The notes beneath the pieces are model-generated. The model was not told the origin of the DNA. It did not search any database and saw only the letters and a program-made list of their open reading frames with translations. A DNA stretch of 63,027 nt, taken from positions 1 through 63,027 of the forward strand of contig CAMZKE010000017.1 in the NCBI GenBank assembly GCA_947311115.1, written 5' to 3'. Numbering within the stretch: the first letter of the stretch is position 1; each line of letters begins with the position of its first letter. Origin of the DNA: an uncultured Bacteroidales bacterium (GTDB lineage: Bacteria; Bacteroidota; Bacteroidia; Bacteroidales; JAFGXI01). A program made the position numbers and the translations under genes. Below are positions 1 to 9,452 of this stretch, in pieces.

Positions 1-132
1 GTCCGGCGAAAGAGGACAAGTATTGAATATATTAAACCATAAATTTCACAAATTAACACAAATATTTATATACAAATAGACGCAGATTTTAACTATTGTA
101 TATACTTATATATTGGGTGCGAAAGTTCAGTT

Positions 133-230
133 ATTTAATCTGTTTGGGTTTAATTCCCCATCCCTTGGAACGTATAAAAGAATAGTATTCCAAAACGATA
201 TCTCGTCCGCTTGCGGCGAGGAGATTCATT
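133..230 (-). repeat. Copy 1 of a ~97-nt dispersed GC-rich structured repeat (sense defined as AATGAATCTCCTCGCCGCAAGCGG...)
   Basis: Its reverse complement aligns end to end with 10960..11056, 43345..43442 and 61177..61273. It lies just downstream of the fba terminator, on the same strand as fba. Confidence 0.9.
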
Positions 231-232
231 AA

Positions 233-262
233 GCAAAAAAAAAGACCTCGATTTCGAGGTCT
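233..262 (-). terminator. Rho-independent terminator of fba
   Basis: The stem AGACCTCG/CGAGGTCT (243..250 / 255..262) has a 4-nt loop. On the minus strand it is followed by a run of 9 T (A-run 235..243 on plus). Confidence 0.7.
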
Positions 263-293
263 TCTTTGGTTATTCAATTTATCCTTAAAGAAA

Positions 294-1373
294 TTAATTC
301 CTATCAATACAATTCAAATCACTAAAAGCAATTTTTAATCGTTCAACCATCGATTTTTCACCTTCACGTAACCAAGCACGTGGGTCGTAATGCTTTTTAT
401 TTGGCTTATCTTCACCATCAGGGTTTCCTATCTGAGACTGAAGGTATGCCTCTTTCTTTTTGTAATTTTGTAGCACTCCATTCCAAAAAGCCCATTGAGT
501 ATCAGTGTCAATATTCATTTTAATTACACCATAACTAATTGCTTCTTTTATATCAGCTTCCGAGGAGCCTGAACCTCCATGAAACACAAGATTTACAGGA
601 TTCTTACCAGTATTATATTTTTCTTGAATATATTTTTGTGAATTATCTAAAATTTTAGGTGTTAGTTTTACATTTCCCGGCTTATATACACCATGTACAT
701 TACCAAACGAAGCTGCAATAGTAAATTTATCAGAAATCTGAATTAACTCATTATAAGCATAAGCAACTTCTTCAGGTTGAGTATATAATAATGAATTATC
801 AATACCTGTATTATCAACACCATCTTCTTCGCCACCTGTTACACCAAGCTCAATTTCAAGTGTCATATCAATAGCAGCCATTCGTTTTAAATACTCTTTA
901 CTTATTGCAATATTCTCTTCAATAGGCTCTTCTGACAAATCTAACATATGCGAACTATACAAAGGTTTGCCATATTCTTGATAAAATACTTCGCCAGCTT
1001 CTAACATACCATCAATCCATGGTAAAAGCTTTTTTGCAGCATGGTCGGTATGTAAAATTACAGCCACACCATACATTTCAGCCATTTGATGTATATGTTG
1101 CGCTCCTGATATTGCTCCGGCTATTGCAGCCTCTTGGTTTTCGTTAGATAAGGATTTACCTGCAAAAAAATGTGCACCACCATTTGAAAACTGAATTATT
1201 ACAGGCGAATTAACCTCTTTAGCTACTTCTAATACTGCATTTACAGAATTTGTTCCGATTACATTTACTGCCGGAATAGCAAAATTATTTTCCTTTGCAA
1301 TAGCAAAAACTTTTTGTACATCTTCGCCTGTAACCACTCCCGGCTTTATAACATCAAATATTTTAGTTGACAT
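294..1373 (-). CDS. fbaA: Class II fructose-1,6-bisphosphate aldolase
   Basis: This 359-aa ORF has a class II FBA-like N-terminus (VIKPGVVTGEDV..., NFAIPAVN) and the metal-site motifs HTDH and HGGSG. Confidence 0.9.
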   Translation of the reverse strand: MSTKIFDVIKPGVVTGEDVQKVFAIAKENNFAIPAVNVIGTNSVNAVLEVAKEVNSPVIIQFSNGGAHFFAGKSLSNENQEAAIAGAISGAQHIHQMAEMYGVAVILHTDHAAKKLLPWIDGMLEAGEVFYQEYGKPLYSSHMLDLSEEPIEENIAISKEYLKRMAAIDMTLEIELGVTGGEEDGVDNTGIDNSLLYTQPEEVAYAYNELIQISDKFTIAASFGNVHGVYKPGNVKLTPKILDNSQKYIQEKYNTGKNPVNLVFHGGSGSSEADIKEAISYGVIKMNIDTDTQWAFWNGVLQNYKKKEAYLQSQIGNPDGEDKPNKKHYDPRAWLREGEKSMVERLKIAFSDLNCIDRN

Positions 1374-1407
1374 ATTGTTGATTTAAATTAGTTTATTTTC
1401 TATCTTA

Positions 1408-1415
1408 CAAAGATA
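1408..1415 (-). promoter_or_regulatory. Bacteroidota-type -7 promoter box (TATCTTTG) for fba
   Basis: The minus strand reads TATCTTTG, which matches the TAnnTTTG consensus, about 35 nt upstream of the fba ATG. Confidence 0.5.
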
Positions 1416-1511
1416 TATAGCTTTTTATATATTATGAAATTAGTTATATACTTTATTTGTTTTTTACCTTAATTTATGATAAAAATTATAAAATGACATT
1501 AACAAATTAAC

Positions 1512-1519
1512 TATCTTTG
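1512..1519 (+). promoter_or_regulatory. Bacteroidota-type -7 promoter box (TATCTTTG) for aspA
   Basis: TATCTTTG lies 13 nt upstream of the ATG at 1533. It sits inside a 17-mer (1504..1520) that is identical to 9431..9447. Confidence 0.55.
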
Positions 1520-1532
1520 TAAAAAAAATATT

Positions 1533-2936
1533 ATGGCAACAAGAAAAGAACACGATTTTATAGGTGAATTAGAAATTTCTAACGAAAACTATTATGGAAT
1601 ACAAACTCACAGAGCATTAGAGAACTTTAATATAACAGGTTTTCCTATTTCAAACGAACCATTTATGATTGTTGGCTTAGCTTATGTAAAAAAAGCCGCC
1701 GCAATGGCAAATAAAGAATTAGGTGTTATTAAACCGGAAGTGGCCGATGCTATTTGTTTAGCTTGCGATAAACTTATTGATGGAGAATATCTTGAAGAGT
1801 TTTCAACCGATATGATACAAGGTGGTGCAGGTACATCGGTAAATATGAATGCAAACGAAGTTATTGCAAATATTGCTCTCGAAATAATGGGGCATAAAAA
1901 AGGTGAGTATGACTATTGTCACCCAAATAACGATGTAAACTGCTCACAATCAACAAACGATGCATATCCTACAGCTTTTAGAATTGGATTGCTTTTGCGT
2001 TTAAACTCTTACCGAGATTCGCTTGTTGACTTAAAAAAATCTTTTGAAAATAAAGCGGAAGAGTTTAAAAATGTGCTTAAAATGGGGCGTACTCAACTTC
2101 AAGATGCCGTACCTATGAGTTTAGGTAACGAGTTTAAAGGTTGGGCTGTTACTACAGGCGAAGAAATTGAGCGTTTACAATACGCAAAAGAAATGATACG
2201 CTCTATAAATATGGGAGCAACAGCTATCGGAACAAAAGTAAATGCTCCTGATGGTTACCCTGAATTAGTAACAAAAAAATTACGTGAAGTTAGTGGACTA
2301 AAACTATATTTAGCCGAAGACTTAATTGAAGCAACCTCTGATACAGGTGCTTATGTGCAACTTTCAGGAGTTGTTAAACGAACAGCATTAAAAGTATCTA
2401 AAATTTGTAACGATTTACGCTTATTATCATCAGGACCAAGAACTGGTTTTAACGAAATAAATTTACCAAAAATGCAGCCGGGCTCATCAATTATGCCGGG
2501 AAAAGTTAATCCTGTAATACCTGAGGTTGTAAATCAAACAGCATATTATGTTGTTGGTGCTGATATTACAATTGCGATGGCATCAGAGGCTGGTCAATTG
2601 CAATTAAATGTAATGGAACCTGTTATTGCGTTTAGCTTATTTAACTCAATACGCTGGATGGCAAATGCTTGTAATACATTACGTACAAAATGTATTGATG
2701 GAATTACCGCAAACGCCAAAAGAACTGAAGAAATGGTTATGAATAGTGTTGGTATTGTTACTCTATTAAATCCATTATTAGGCTATGAAATGTGTTCTTC
2801 AATTGCAAAAGAAGCTTTAAATCAAGATAAATCTATACATCAAATTGTTGTAACAGAAAGAAAACTTATTACTCAAGAAAAATGGGATGAAATATACTGT
2901 TTTGAAAATTTGATTAACCCTAAATTTTTTGATTAA
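1533..2936 (+). CDS. aspA: Aspartate ammonia-lyase (aspartase/fumarase superfamily)
   Basis: This 467-aa ORF carries the GSSIMPGKVNP signature loop. The N-terminal YYGIQTHRALENF pattern resembles aspartase more than class II fumarase. Confidence 0.8.
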   Translation: MATRKEHDFIGELEISNENYYGIQTHRALENFNITGFPISNEPFMIVGLAYVKKAAAMANKELGVIKPEVADAICLACDKLIDGEYLEEFSTDMIQGGAGTSVNMNANEVIANIALEIMGHKKGEYDYCHPNNDVNCSQSTNDAYPTAFRIGLLLRLNSYRDSLVDLKKSFENKAEEFKNVLKMGRTQLQDAVPMSLGNEFKGWAVTTGEEIERLQYAKEMIRSINMGATAIGTKVNAPDGYPELVTKKLREVSGLKLYLAEDLIEATSDTGAYVQLSGVVKRTALKVSKICNDLRLLSSGPRTGFNEINLPKMQPGSSIMPGKVNPVIPEVVNQTAYYVVGADITIAMASEAGQLQLNVMEPVIAFSLFNSIRWMANACNTLRTKCIDGITANAKRTEEMVMNSVGIVTLLNPLLGYEMCSSIAKEALNQDKSIHQIVVTERKLITQEKWDEIYCFENLINPKFFD

Positions 2937-3051
2937 AATTAATAAATTTCCTCTCCGTAAACGAATGAGGTATCATTATGTAATATAATATTTTACACCA
3001 CAAACTGTGTAGAATAAAATATAAACATATTAATAAAATAAATTAACAAAA

Positions 3052-3630
3052 ATGAAATTGACAAAAATGAAATGGTCAAATCTTGCAATTAATGGAGGTG
3101 TTGCACTAATAATAGGTTTGGTATTTATTTTCTTACCTCACACATTGAGTCTTACAATTGTAAAAATACTTGGAATAATATTGGGTATTACAGGAATAAC
3201 AATGCTTTTTGCAACATTTTTTAAACAAAAACACAATGGAGCAACTAACTTTTACTTTGTAATACAAGGAGTACTAAATCTGGGTTTAGGAGCTATAATG
3301 ATATTTAACCCTAAACTAATGATTAATTTTATTATGCTAGTTATTGGTATATGGTCTTTAGCAATAGGTCTATTCCAAATATTATATGCAATTAAAATTA
3401 GAAAAATAATTAATCAAGGTATATTTTTATTAATTAGTGGTGTTTTGTTTATAATAATTGGTATCACTATGATTATCTCTCCTGAATTAGTTATAGCAAC
3501 ACTACTTTCAATAATTGGAATTTTTGTTAGTATTCTTGGTGTTATTTTACTATATTTTAGCTACTTAATATATAAATATAATAAAGAAAATTACTCTAAA
3601 ATTATTGAAGATGCACAAATAATTGAATAA
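3052..3630 (+). CDS. HdeD/DUF308-like multi-pass membrane protein
   Basis: This 192-aa ORF has about 6 hydrophobic helices with repeated G-rich helix pairs, which is typical of the HdeD family. Confidence 0.55.
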   Translation: MKLTKMKWSNLAINGGVALIIGLVFIFLPHTLSLTIVKILGIILGITGITMLFATFFKQKHNGATNFYFVIQGVLNLGLGAIMIFNPKLMINFIMLVIGIWSLAIGLFQILYAIKIRKIINQGIFLLISGVLFIIIGITMIISPELVIATLLSIIGIFVSILGVILLYFSYLIYKYNKENYSKIIEDAQIIE

Positions 3631-3688
3631 TTGTTAATTACTCTTTGCAAATTATGAAATATTAATTATAAAATATTAATTAATAGTG

Positions 3689-3696
3689 TATTTTTG
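3689..3696 (+). promoter_or_regulatory. -7 promoter box (TATTTTTG) for kdsB
   Basis: It matches TAnnTTTG and overlaps the TTG start proposed by the ORF track (3694). That argues for the ATG at 3712 as the true start. Confidence 0.45.
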
Positions 3697-3711
3697 CAAA
3701 AACTTTTAAAA

Positions 3712-4458
3712 ATGGATATTTTAGGAGTAATTCCTGCAAGATACGGTTCGACAAGATTCCCCGGCAAACCATTGGTTAACATAGGTGGTAAACCCATGAT
3801 TCAGCATGTGTACGAACGTTCGATACAAGCATTAGAAAATGTTATTGTAGCAACAGATGATAAACGTATATTTAAAGCTGTTAATAGTTTTGGAGGTAAA
3901 GTTGTAATGACATCAAAAAAACACAAAAGTGGTACCGACCGCTGTGCTGAAGCTGTTGATGTATATATAAACGAAACATCTAATAATGTTGATGTTGTTA
4001 TTAACATACAAGGAGACGAACCTTTTATTTATCCAGAACAAATTAAAGCATTAGCAAAATTATTCTCAAAAAAACGTACACAAATTGGCACTTTAATTAA
4101 ACCAATTATTAACTCAACTGATATTTTTGATGAAAATAAGCCAAAAGTTGTATTTAACAAAAAACGGGAGGCAATTATGTTTAGTCGCTCACCTATTCCA
4201 TTTATCAGAGGAACTAAAAAAACAGAATGGGTAAAAAAGAATTTTTATAAACATATTGGTATTTACGGTTACAGATTAGATATTTTAAGAGAAATAACCA
4301 AATTAAAACCATCATATTTAGAATTACAAGAATCCTTAGAGCAATTACGTTGGTTAGAAAATGGTTATAAAATTAAAATTGATGAAACCGAATATGAGAG
4401 TATTTCAATTGATACCCGTAAAGACCTTAAAAAACTCACACAAGCAGGACTATTATAA
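3712..4458 (+). CDS. kdsB: 3-deoxy-manno-octulosonate cytidylyltransferase (CMP-KDO synthetase)
   Basis: MDILGVIPARYGSTRFPGKPL is the canonical KdsB N-terminus, and IQGDEP is also present. The start was trimmed from 3694 to the first ATG. Confidence 0.88.
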   Translation: MDILGVIPARYGSTRFPGKPLVNIGGKPMIQHVYERSIQALENVIVATDDKRIFKAVNSFGGKVVMTSKKHKSGTDRCAEAVDVYINETSNNVDVVINIQGDEPFIYPEQIKALAKLFSKKRTQIGTLIKPIINSTDIFDENKPKVVFNKKREAIMFSRSPIPFIRGTKKTEWVKKNFYKHIGIYGYRLDILREITKLKPSYLELQESLEQLRWLENGYKIKIDETEYESISIDTRKDLKKLTQAGLL

Positions 4459-4499
4459 ACTTAACAATAAATCACTTTAAGAATAGAACACTTTAACAA
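4459..4499 (+). repeat. 16-nt tandem repeat filling the kdsB-obg spacer (~2.5 units)
   Basis: The units are ACTTAACAATAAATCA / CTTTAAGAATAGAACA / CTTTAACAA, and they abut the obg ATG. The same unit family occurs at 5495..5542, 14967..15000 (minus) and 44352..44417 (minus). Confidence 0.8.
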
Positions 4500-5498
4500 A
4501 TGGCAGAAACAAACTTTGTAGATTACGTAAAAATATTTACCCATTCAGGAAATGGAGGGGCTGGTTCTGCTCATTTTTTTAGAGATAACAGAACTACTAC
4601 CGGAGGCCCTGATGGAGGCGATGGAGGACGTGGTGGACACGTAATACTAAAAGGTAATAAACAACTTTGGACATTACTACATCTTAAATACAATAAACAT
4701 CACAAAGCAAAAGATGGCGAAGCTGGTAGTGGTAGTAACAGTACAGGAAAACAAGGAACTGATGTAATTATTGAAGTTCCTTTAGGTACGGTTGCTAAAG
4801 ACGCTGAAACAGGCGAAATACTTTTTGAAATTACTAATCACGAAGAAACAAAAATACTTCGTAAAGCCGGACGTGGAGGACAAGGTAATTCACATTTTAA
4901 GTCAGCAACAAATCGCTCACCACACTATTCACAACCAGGCGAAGAAGGCGAAGAAGGTTGGAATATATTAGAGCTAAAAGTACTTGCCGATGTTGGATTA
5001 GTTGGTTTTCCCAATGCAGGAAAATCAACACTATTATCGGTAGTATCGGCAGCAAAACCTAAAATTGCCAATTATGCATTTACAACACTTGTTCCAAATT
5101 TAGGTATTGTACAATACCGCGATTTTAAATCGTTTGTAATGGCTGACATACCTGGTATTATTGAAGGTGCAAGCGAAGGAAAAGGTTTAGGGGTTAGATT
5201 TTTACGCCATATAGAACGTAACTCAATGTTACTTTTTATGGTTCCTGCCGATAGCGATAATATTCATAAAGAATATAAAATTTTACTTAACGAAGTAAAA
5301 ACTTACAATGCCGAATTAGCCGATAAAGCTCGTATATTAGCAATCACAAAAACTGATATGTTAGACGACGAACTAATTGCCGAAATTGAGCAGGATTTAC
5401 CTAATATTCCTCATATTTTTATATCATCAGTATCAAATATAAATATTGTACAATTAAAAGATATGATTTGGAAAGAACTTAATAAAGAAGACAAATAG
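4500..5498 (+). CDS. obg: GTPase Obg/CgtA
   Basis: This 332-aa ORF has the glycine-rich Obg fold ([12 protein letters not shown]) and the G motifs [13 protein letters not shown] and TKTD. Confidence 0.92.
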   Translation: MAETNFVDYVKIFTHSGNGGAGSAHFFRDNRTTTGGPDGGDGGRGGHVILKGNKQLWTLLHLKYNKHHKAKDGEAGSGSNSTGKQGTDVIIEVPLGTVAKDAETGEILFEITNHEETKILRKAGRGGQGNSHFKSATNRSPHYSQPGEEGEEGWNILELKVLADVGLVGFPNAGKSTLLSVVSAAKPKIANYAFTTLVPNLGIVQYRDFKSFVMADIPGIIEGASEGKGLGVRFLRHIERNSMLLFMVPADSDNIHKEYKILLNEVKTYNAELADKARILAITKTDMLDDELIAEIEQDLPNIPHIFISSVSNINIVQLKDMIWKELNKEDK

Positions 5499-5542
5499 AA
5501 CACTTTAACAATAGAACACTTTAATAATAGAACACTTATAAT
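5495..5542 (+). repeat. 16-nt tandem repeat, three units, filling the obg-purC spacer
   Basis: The units are ATAGAACACTTTAACA / ATAGAACACTTTAATA / ATAGAACACTTATAAT. The obg TAG stop (5496..5498) lies inside unit 1, and the purC ATG is 2 nt after unit 3. Confidence 0.9.
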
Positions 5543-5544
5543 AT

Positions 5545-6489
5545 ATGAACGCAGTTTTAGAAACAAATTTTGAATTACCAAAACAGGTATCAAAATACAA
5601 AGGAAAAGTAAGAGAAGTTTTCAATATCGATAATAAAGAATTGGTAATGATTGTTACAGACCGTTTATCGGCTTTCGATGTTGTTTTACCAAAAGGAATA
5701 CCCTTTAAAGGACAAGTTTTAAATCAAATTGCTGATAAATTTTTAGATGCAACAGCAGATATTGTTCCTAATTGGAAAACTGCAACCCCTGATGCAAACG
5801 TAATGGTTGGAAAATATGCAGACTCCTTCCCTATCGAAATGATTGTACGTGGTTATTTAACAGGTAGTTCATGGAGAAGTTACAAAAACGGTTCTCGTAG
5901 TATTTGTGGTGTTGCAATTCCCGATGGAATGAAAGAACATCAAAAATTTCCAACACCAATTATTACTCCTACAACTAAAGCAGACCAGGGTTTTCACGAC
6001 GAGGATATATCTCGCGAAGAAATACTAAAACAAGGTTTAGTTTCAGAAGAAGACTATGTTTTACTTGAAAAATATTCTTTAGAGCTTTTTGAACGTGGCA
6101 CACAAATAGCTGCCGAAAAAGGTTTAATATTAGTTGATACAAAATACGAGTTTGGTAAATATAATGGCGAGATAATTTTAATAGACGAAATTCATACACC
6201 TGATTCATCACGTTATTTTTATGCCGATGGTTACCAAGAACGTTTTGATAAAGGAGAAAATCAACGTCAATTATCAAAAGAATTTGTGCGTGAATGGTTA
6301 ATGGAAAACGGATTTCAAGGCAAAGAAGGCCAAAGCATTCCGGAAATGACAGATAAAAAAGTTGAAGAAATTTCAGATAGATATATTGAACTTTACGAAG
6401 TAATTACAGGCGAAAAGTTTGTAAAGGCTGATACTAACAACGTAATTGACAGAATTGAAAAAAATATTTTAACATACTTAAATAAGTAG
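5545..6489 (+). CDS. purC: Phosphoribosylaminoimidazole-succinocarboxamide synthase (long form)
   Basis: This 314-aa ORF has SAICAR synthetase motifs ([24 protein letters not shown]). Confidence 0.88.
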   Translation: MNAVLETNFELPKQVSKYKGKVREVFNIDNKELVMIVTDRLSAFDVVLPKGIPFKGQVLNQIADKFLDATADIVPNWKTATPDANVMVGKYADSFPIEMIVRGYLTGSSWRSYKNGSRSICGVAIPDGMKEHQKFPTPIITPTTKADQGFHDEDISREEILKQGLVSEEDYVLLEKYSLELFERGTQIAAEKGLILVDTKYEFGKYNGEIILIDEIHTPDSSRYFYADGYQERFDKGENQRQLSKEFVREWLMENGFQGKEGQSIPEMTDKKVEEISDRYIELYEVITGEKFVKADTNNVIDRIEKNILTYLNK

Positions 6490-6547
6490 TGTATAATTAA
6501 TTATTCAATACATAACTATTAATTTTCAACTTTTAAATAAAAGAAAA

Positions 6548-8302
6548 ATGTACAGAACACATACCTGCGGGCAATTAAATATAAGCAACTTAAACCAAGA
6601 AGTAATACTTAGTGGTTGGGTGCAAAAAGTAAGAAACAAGGGCGGAATGATTTGGGTTGATTTACGCGACCGTTATGGTATAACTCAACTTGTTTTTGAA
6701 GATGGTAAAACCAATTCAAATATCTTTGAAATAGCCAAAACACTTGGGCGTGAGTTTGTTATTCAAGCAACAGCAACGGTTATTGAGCGTGAAGCAAAAA
6801 ATAACAAAATACCAACTGGTGAAATTGAGTTATTTGTAAATGAATTACAAATATTAAACACATCAGAGGTACCACCATTTACAATTGAAGACGATACAGA
6901 TGGAGGCGATGAAATACGTATGAAATACCGTTATATGGATTTACGCCGTAATCCTGTAAAAAATAATCTTATTTTACGTCATAGAATTGGCCAAGAAGTA
7001 CGCCGTTACCTTGATGATATAGAGTTTATGGAAATTGAAACACCATACTTAATTAAATCGACGCCAGAAGGTGCAAGAGATTTTGTAGTACCTTCGCGTA
7101 TGCATCAAGGCGAGTTTTATGCACTTCCACAATCGCCACAAACATTTAAACAACTATTAATGATATCGGGCTACGACCGCTATTTTCAAATAGTAAAATG
7201 TTTCCGTGATGAAGACCTACGTGCCGACCGTCAACCTGAATTTACACAAATTGACTGCGAAATGGCTTTTGTTGAACAAGATGATATTCTAAATACTTTT
7301 GAAGGAATGGCAAAACATCTTTTCAAAAAAGTATTAAATTACAATTTGCCTGATTTTATTCGTATGCCATACTCTGAAGCCATGGAAAAATATGGTAACG
7401 ATAAACCTGATTTACGTTTCGATATGCAGATAAATGAAATTACAGAACTTGTAAAAGGACACAATTTTGTAGTTTTCGATTCGGTTGAATATATTGGAGG
7501 TATTTGTGCAAAAAACGCAGCATCATACTCGCGTAAGCAATTAGATGCTTTAACAAAATTTGTTCAAAAACCACAAGTTGGTGCAAAAGGCTTAGTATAT
7601 GTAAAATGTAACGATGATGGCACATACAAATCATCAGTAGATAAATTTTACAACCAAGACGAGCTTGCGAAATGGGCGAAAAAATTCAATGCAGAAAAAG
7701 GCGATTTGTTACTTATTTTAGCAGGCAATAAAAACAAAACTTTACCTGCTATCTCTGAATTAAGATTAGAAATGGCACGTCAGTTAAACCTTATGGACAA
7801 AAATAAATTTGTACCACTTTGGGTTGTTGATTTTCCTCTTTTAGAATGGGACGAAGAAAATAATCGTTTCCATGCCATGCACCACCCTTTTACATCGCCA
7901 AAAATTGAAGATATACCAATGCTTGACACTGAGCCGGGTAAAGTAAGAGCAAATGCTTACGATATGGTTATTAACGGTGTTGAAATTGGCGGAGGTAGTA
8001 TTCGTATTCACAATAAAGATATGCAAGCAACAATGTTTAAGCATTTAGGTTTCTCAAAAGAAGAAGCTGAAGAACAATTTGGTTTCTTAATGAATGCTTT
8101 TAAATACGGAGCTCCACCTCATGGCGGCATTGCTTTGGGGTTTGATCGTTTAGTTGCAATGTTTGCGGGTACCGATAGCATTAGAGATGTAATTGCATTC
8201 CCTAAAAATAATGCCGGTAGAGATGTTATGATTGATTCTCCTTCAAATGTAGCAACAACACAACTAGAAGAACTAGGTTTAAAAATTGATATTCAAAAAT
8301 AA
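6548..8302 (+). CDS. aspS: Aspartate--tRNA ligase
   Basis: This 584-aa ORF begins [10 protein letters not shown]. It carries class II aaRS motifs ([35 protein letters not shown]). Confidence 0.95.
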   Translation: MYRTHTCGQLNISNLNQEVILSGWVQKVRNKGGMIWVDLRDRYGITQLVFEDGKTNSNIFEIAKTLGREFVIQATATVIEREAKNNKIPTGEIELFVNELQILNTSEVPPFTIEDDTDGGDEIRMKYRYMDLRRNPVKNNLILRHRIGQEVRRYLDDIEFMEIETPYLIKSTPEGARDFVVPSRMHQGEFYALPQSPQTFKQLLMISGYDRYFQIVKCFRDEDLRADRQPEFTQIDCEMAFVEQDDILNTFEGMAKHLFKKVLNYNLPDFIRMPYSEAMEKYGNDKPDLRFDMQINEITELVKGHNFVVFDSVEYIGGICAKNAASYSRKQLDALTKFVQKPQVGAKGLVYVKCNDDGTYKSSVDKFYNQDELAKWAKKFNAEKGDLLLILAGNKNKTLPAISELRLEMARQLNLMDKNKFVPLWVVDFPLLEWDEENNRFHAMHHPFTSPKIEDIPMLDTEPGKVRANAYDMVINGVEIGGGSIRIHNKDMQATMFKHLGFSKEEAEEQFGFLMNAFKYGAPPHGGIALGFDRLVAMFAGTDSIRDVIAFPKNNAGRDVMIDSPSNVATTQLEELGLKIDIQK

Positions 8303-8464
8303 TTGATAATATATTCCAAAAAACGTCGATAATTTACTTAATCTGCGTTTTTTATGCCATAAATTTTACATTTAGTAAAAAAAATGGAACATTTGACAAT
8401 TATTATTAAAACAAATTGTTTTATTAGCGTATATTTACGAAACACAATCAAGCTTACCACTTTA

Positions 8465-9031
8465 ATGAAAATTTTAATTATTGACAATTTAGATAGTTTT
8501 ACATACAATATAAAACATTATATAGAACAATTTGCCGATATAGTAGATGTTATACGTATAGATGAGTTGGATTATAGAAAAGTTTTAGAATATGATAAAA
8601 TTGTAATATCACCCGGTCCCGGTTTACCCTCAGAGAAACCGGAATTAGGACATTTAGTAAATAATTTTCAAACAGCAAAACCAATTTTAGGTATTTGTTT
8701 AGGTCATCAAGCAATTGCAGAATACTATGGAGCAGAGCTGGAAAATAAAAAAAATGTTGACCACGGAGTATCAAAACAAACACATATTATTGAACATGAT
8801 GTTATTTTTACCGAAATTGACAAAAACTTTTTTTCAGGAAGATATCATTCGTGGGTTGTTAACCAAGAAACAATACCTGACGAAATAATTGTAACCGCTG
8901 TTGATGACGATGGTAAAATAATGGCATTTAAACACAAAAATCTAAATGTAAGAGGTGTTCAATTTCATCCGGAATCGATTCTTACACCACAAGGTTTAAA
9001 AATTATTGAAAATTGGGTAAAATTATCATAA
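8465..9031 (+). CDS. Glutamine amidotransferase subunit of anthranilate/aminodeoxychorismate synthase (TrpG/PabA type)
   Basis: MKILIIDNLDSFTYN, GICLGHQ (catalytic Cys) and VQFHPES are present. The start was trimmed from 8384 to the ATG that gives the canonical N-terminus. No component I gene is adjacent. Confidence 0.8.
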   Translation: MKILIIDNLDSFTYNIKHYIEQFADIVDVIRIDELDYRKVLEYDKIVISPGPGLPSEKPELGHLVNNFQTAKPILGICLGHQAIAEYYGAELENKKNVDHGVSKQTHIIEHDVIFTEIDKNFFSGRYHSWVVNQETIPDEIIVTAVDDDGKIMAFKHKNLNVRGVQFHPESILTPQGLKIIENWVKLS

Positions 9032-9132
9032 ATATATAATCGGTAATAATCTCTATATCTTCGCAATACAAATTAATTAAAAAAAAAGTTATTTTTTTCA
9101 TATTTCTAGTTTGTATTTTTAAAAATATGCTT

Positions 9133-9140
9133 TATATTTG
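9133..9140 (+). promoter_or_regulatory. -7 promoter box (TATATTTG) for the tRNA pair
   Basis: It matches TAnnTTTG and lies 12 nt upstream of tRNA-Gly position 1. Confidence 0.5.
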
Positions 9141-9151
9141 CAACCGCAAAA

Positions 9152-9224
<73 letters not shown>

Positions 9225-9250
9225 CTTTTTTATGTTCTTTAATTAGGGAT

Positions 9251-9335
9251 GCCCGAGTGGTGGAATTGGTAGACACGTTGGACTTAAAATCCAATGGACA
9301 TAGCGTCCGTGCCGGTTCGAGTCCGGCCTCGGGTA
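9251..9335 (+). tRNA. tRNA-Leu (anticodon TAA)
   Basis: The acceptor is GCCCGAG/CTCGGGT, with a G1-T72 wobble. The anticodon stem is TTGGA/TCCAA with loop CTTAAAA. There is a long variable arm, and the T-arm is GCCGG TTCGAGT CCGGC. The length is 85 nt. Confidence 0.88.
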
Positions 9336-9337
9336 CA

Positions 9338-9381
9338 AAAGCGGAATTCTTATTTAATATAAGTTTTCCGCTTTGTTTTTT
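9338..9381 (+). terminator. Terminator after the tRNA pair
   Basis: The stem AAAGCGGAA/TTCCGCTTT is followed by GTTTTTT. The loop is long (~19 nt). Confidence 0.5.
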
Positions 9382-9438
9382 ACTATAGATGAATTACCTC
9401 TCCAAACTTTATTTTCATTTTTTTTTATAAAAATTAAC

Positions 9439-9446
9439 TATCTTTG
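9439..9446 (+). promoter_or_regulatory. -7 promoter box (TATCTTTG) for the DUF1456 gene
   Basis: TATCTTTG lies 6 nt upstream of the ATG at 9453, in the same 17-mer context as the aspA promoter. Confidence 0.5.
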
Positions 9447-9452
9447 TGAACA

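Noticed and set aside
1-132. The short hairpin-like start GTCC-GGCGAAAGA-GGAC at 1..17 and the non-coding stretch up to repeat copy 1.
   Set aside because: It is truncated by the window edge and has no recognisable RNA gene or ORF, so it cannot be interpreted without upstream sequence.
3801-4007. Many short antisense or nested ORFs in the track. Examples are 3801..4007, 5411..5593, 5975..6277, 7440..7634, 7841..8044, 8550..8783, 9665..9880, 17532..17867, 19568..19813, 24476..24661, 30706..31062, 33241..33633, 36365..36571 and 38375..38602. Others are 43489..43779, 44494..44679, 45911..46102, 47295..47495, 48638..48859, 49597..49788, 52343..52636, 53734..54064, 54275..54613, 55068..55274, 57657..57842, 58049..58240, 58404..58679 and 61887..62084.
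   Set aside because: Each is embedded in, or overlaps, a longer ORF with clear homology-type motifs on another frame or strand. Their translations are low-complexity (I/L/F/K-rich), as expected for random frames in AT-rich DNA.
5495-5542. Whether the 16-nt tandem repeats are a CRISPR array, or a ZTP/purine-type riboswitch upstream of purC and folD.
   Set aside because: The units are directly abutting with no spacers, and there are only 2-3 of them, so this is not a CRISPR array. The sequence is AT-rich and has none of the conserved GC-rich cores of ZTP, purine or THF riboswitches as I remember them.
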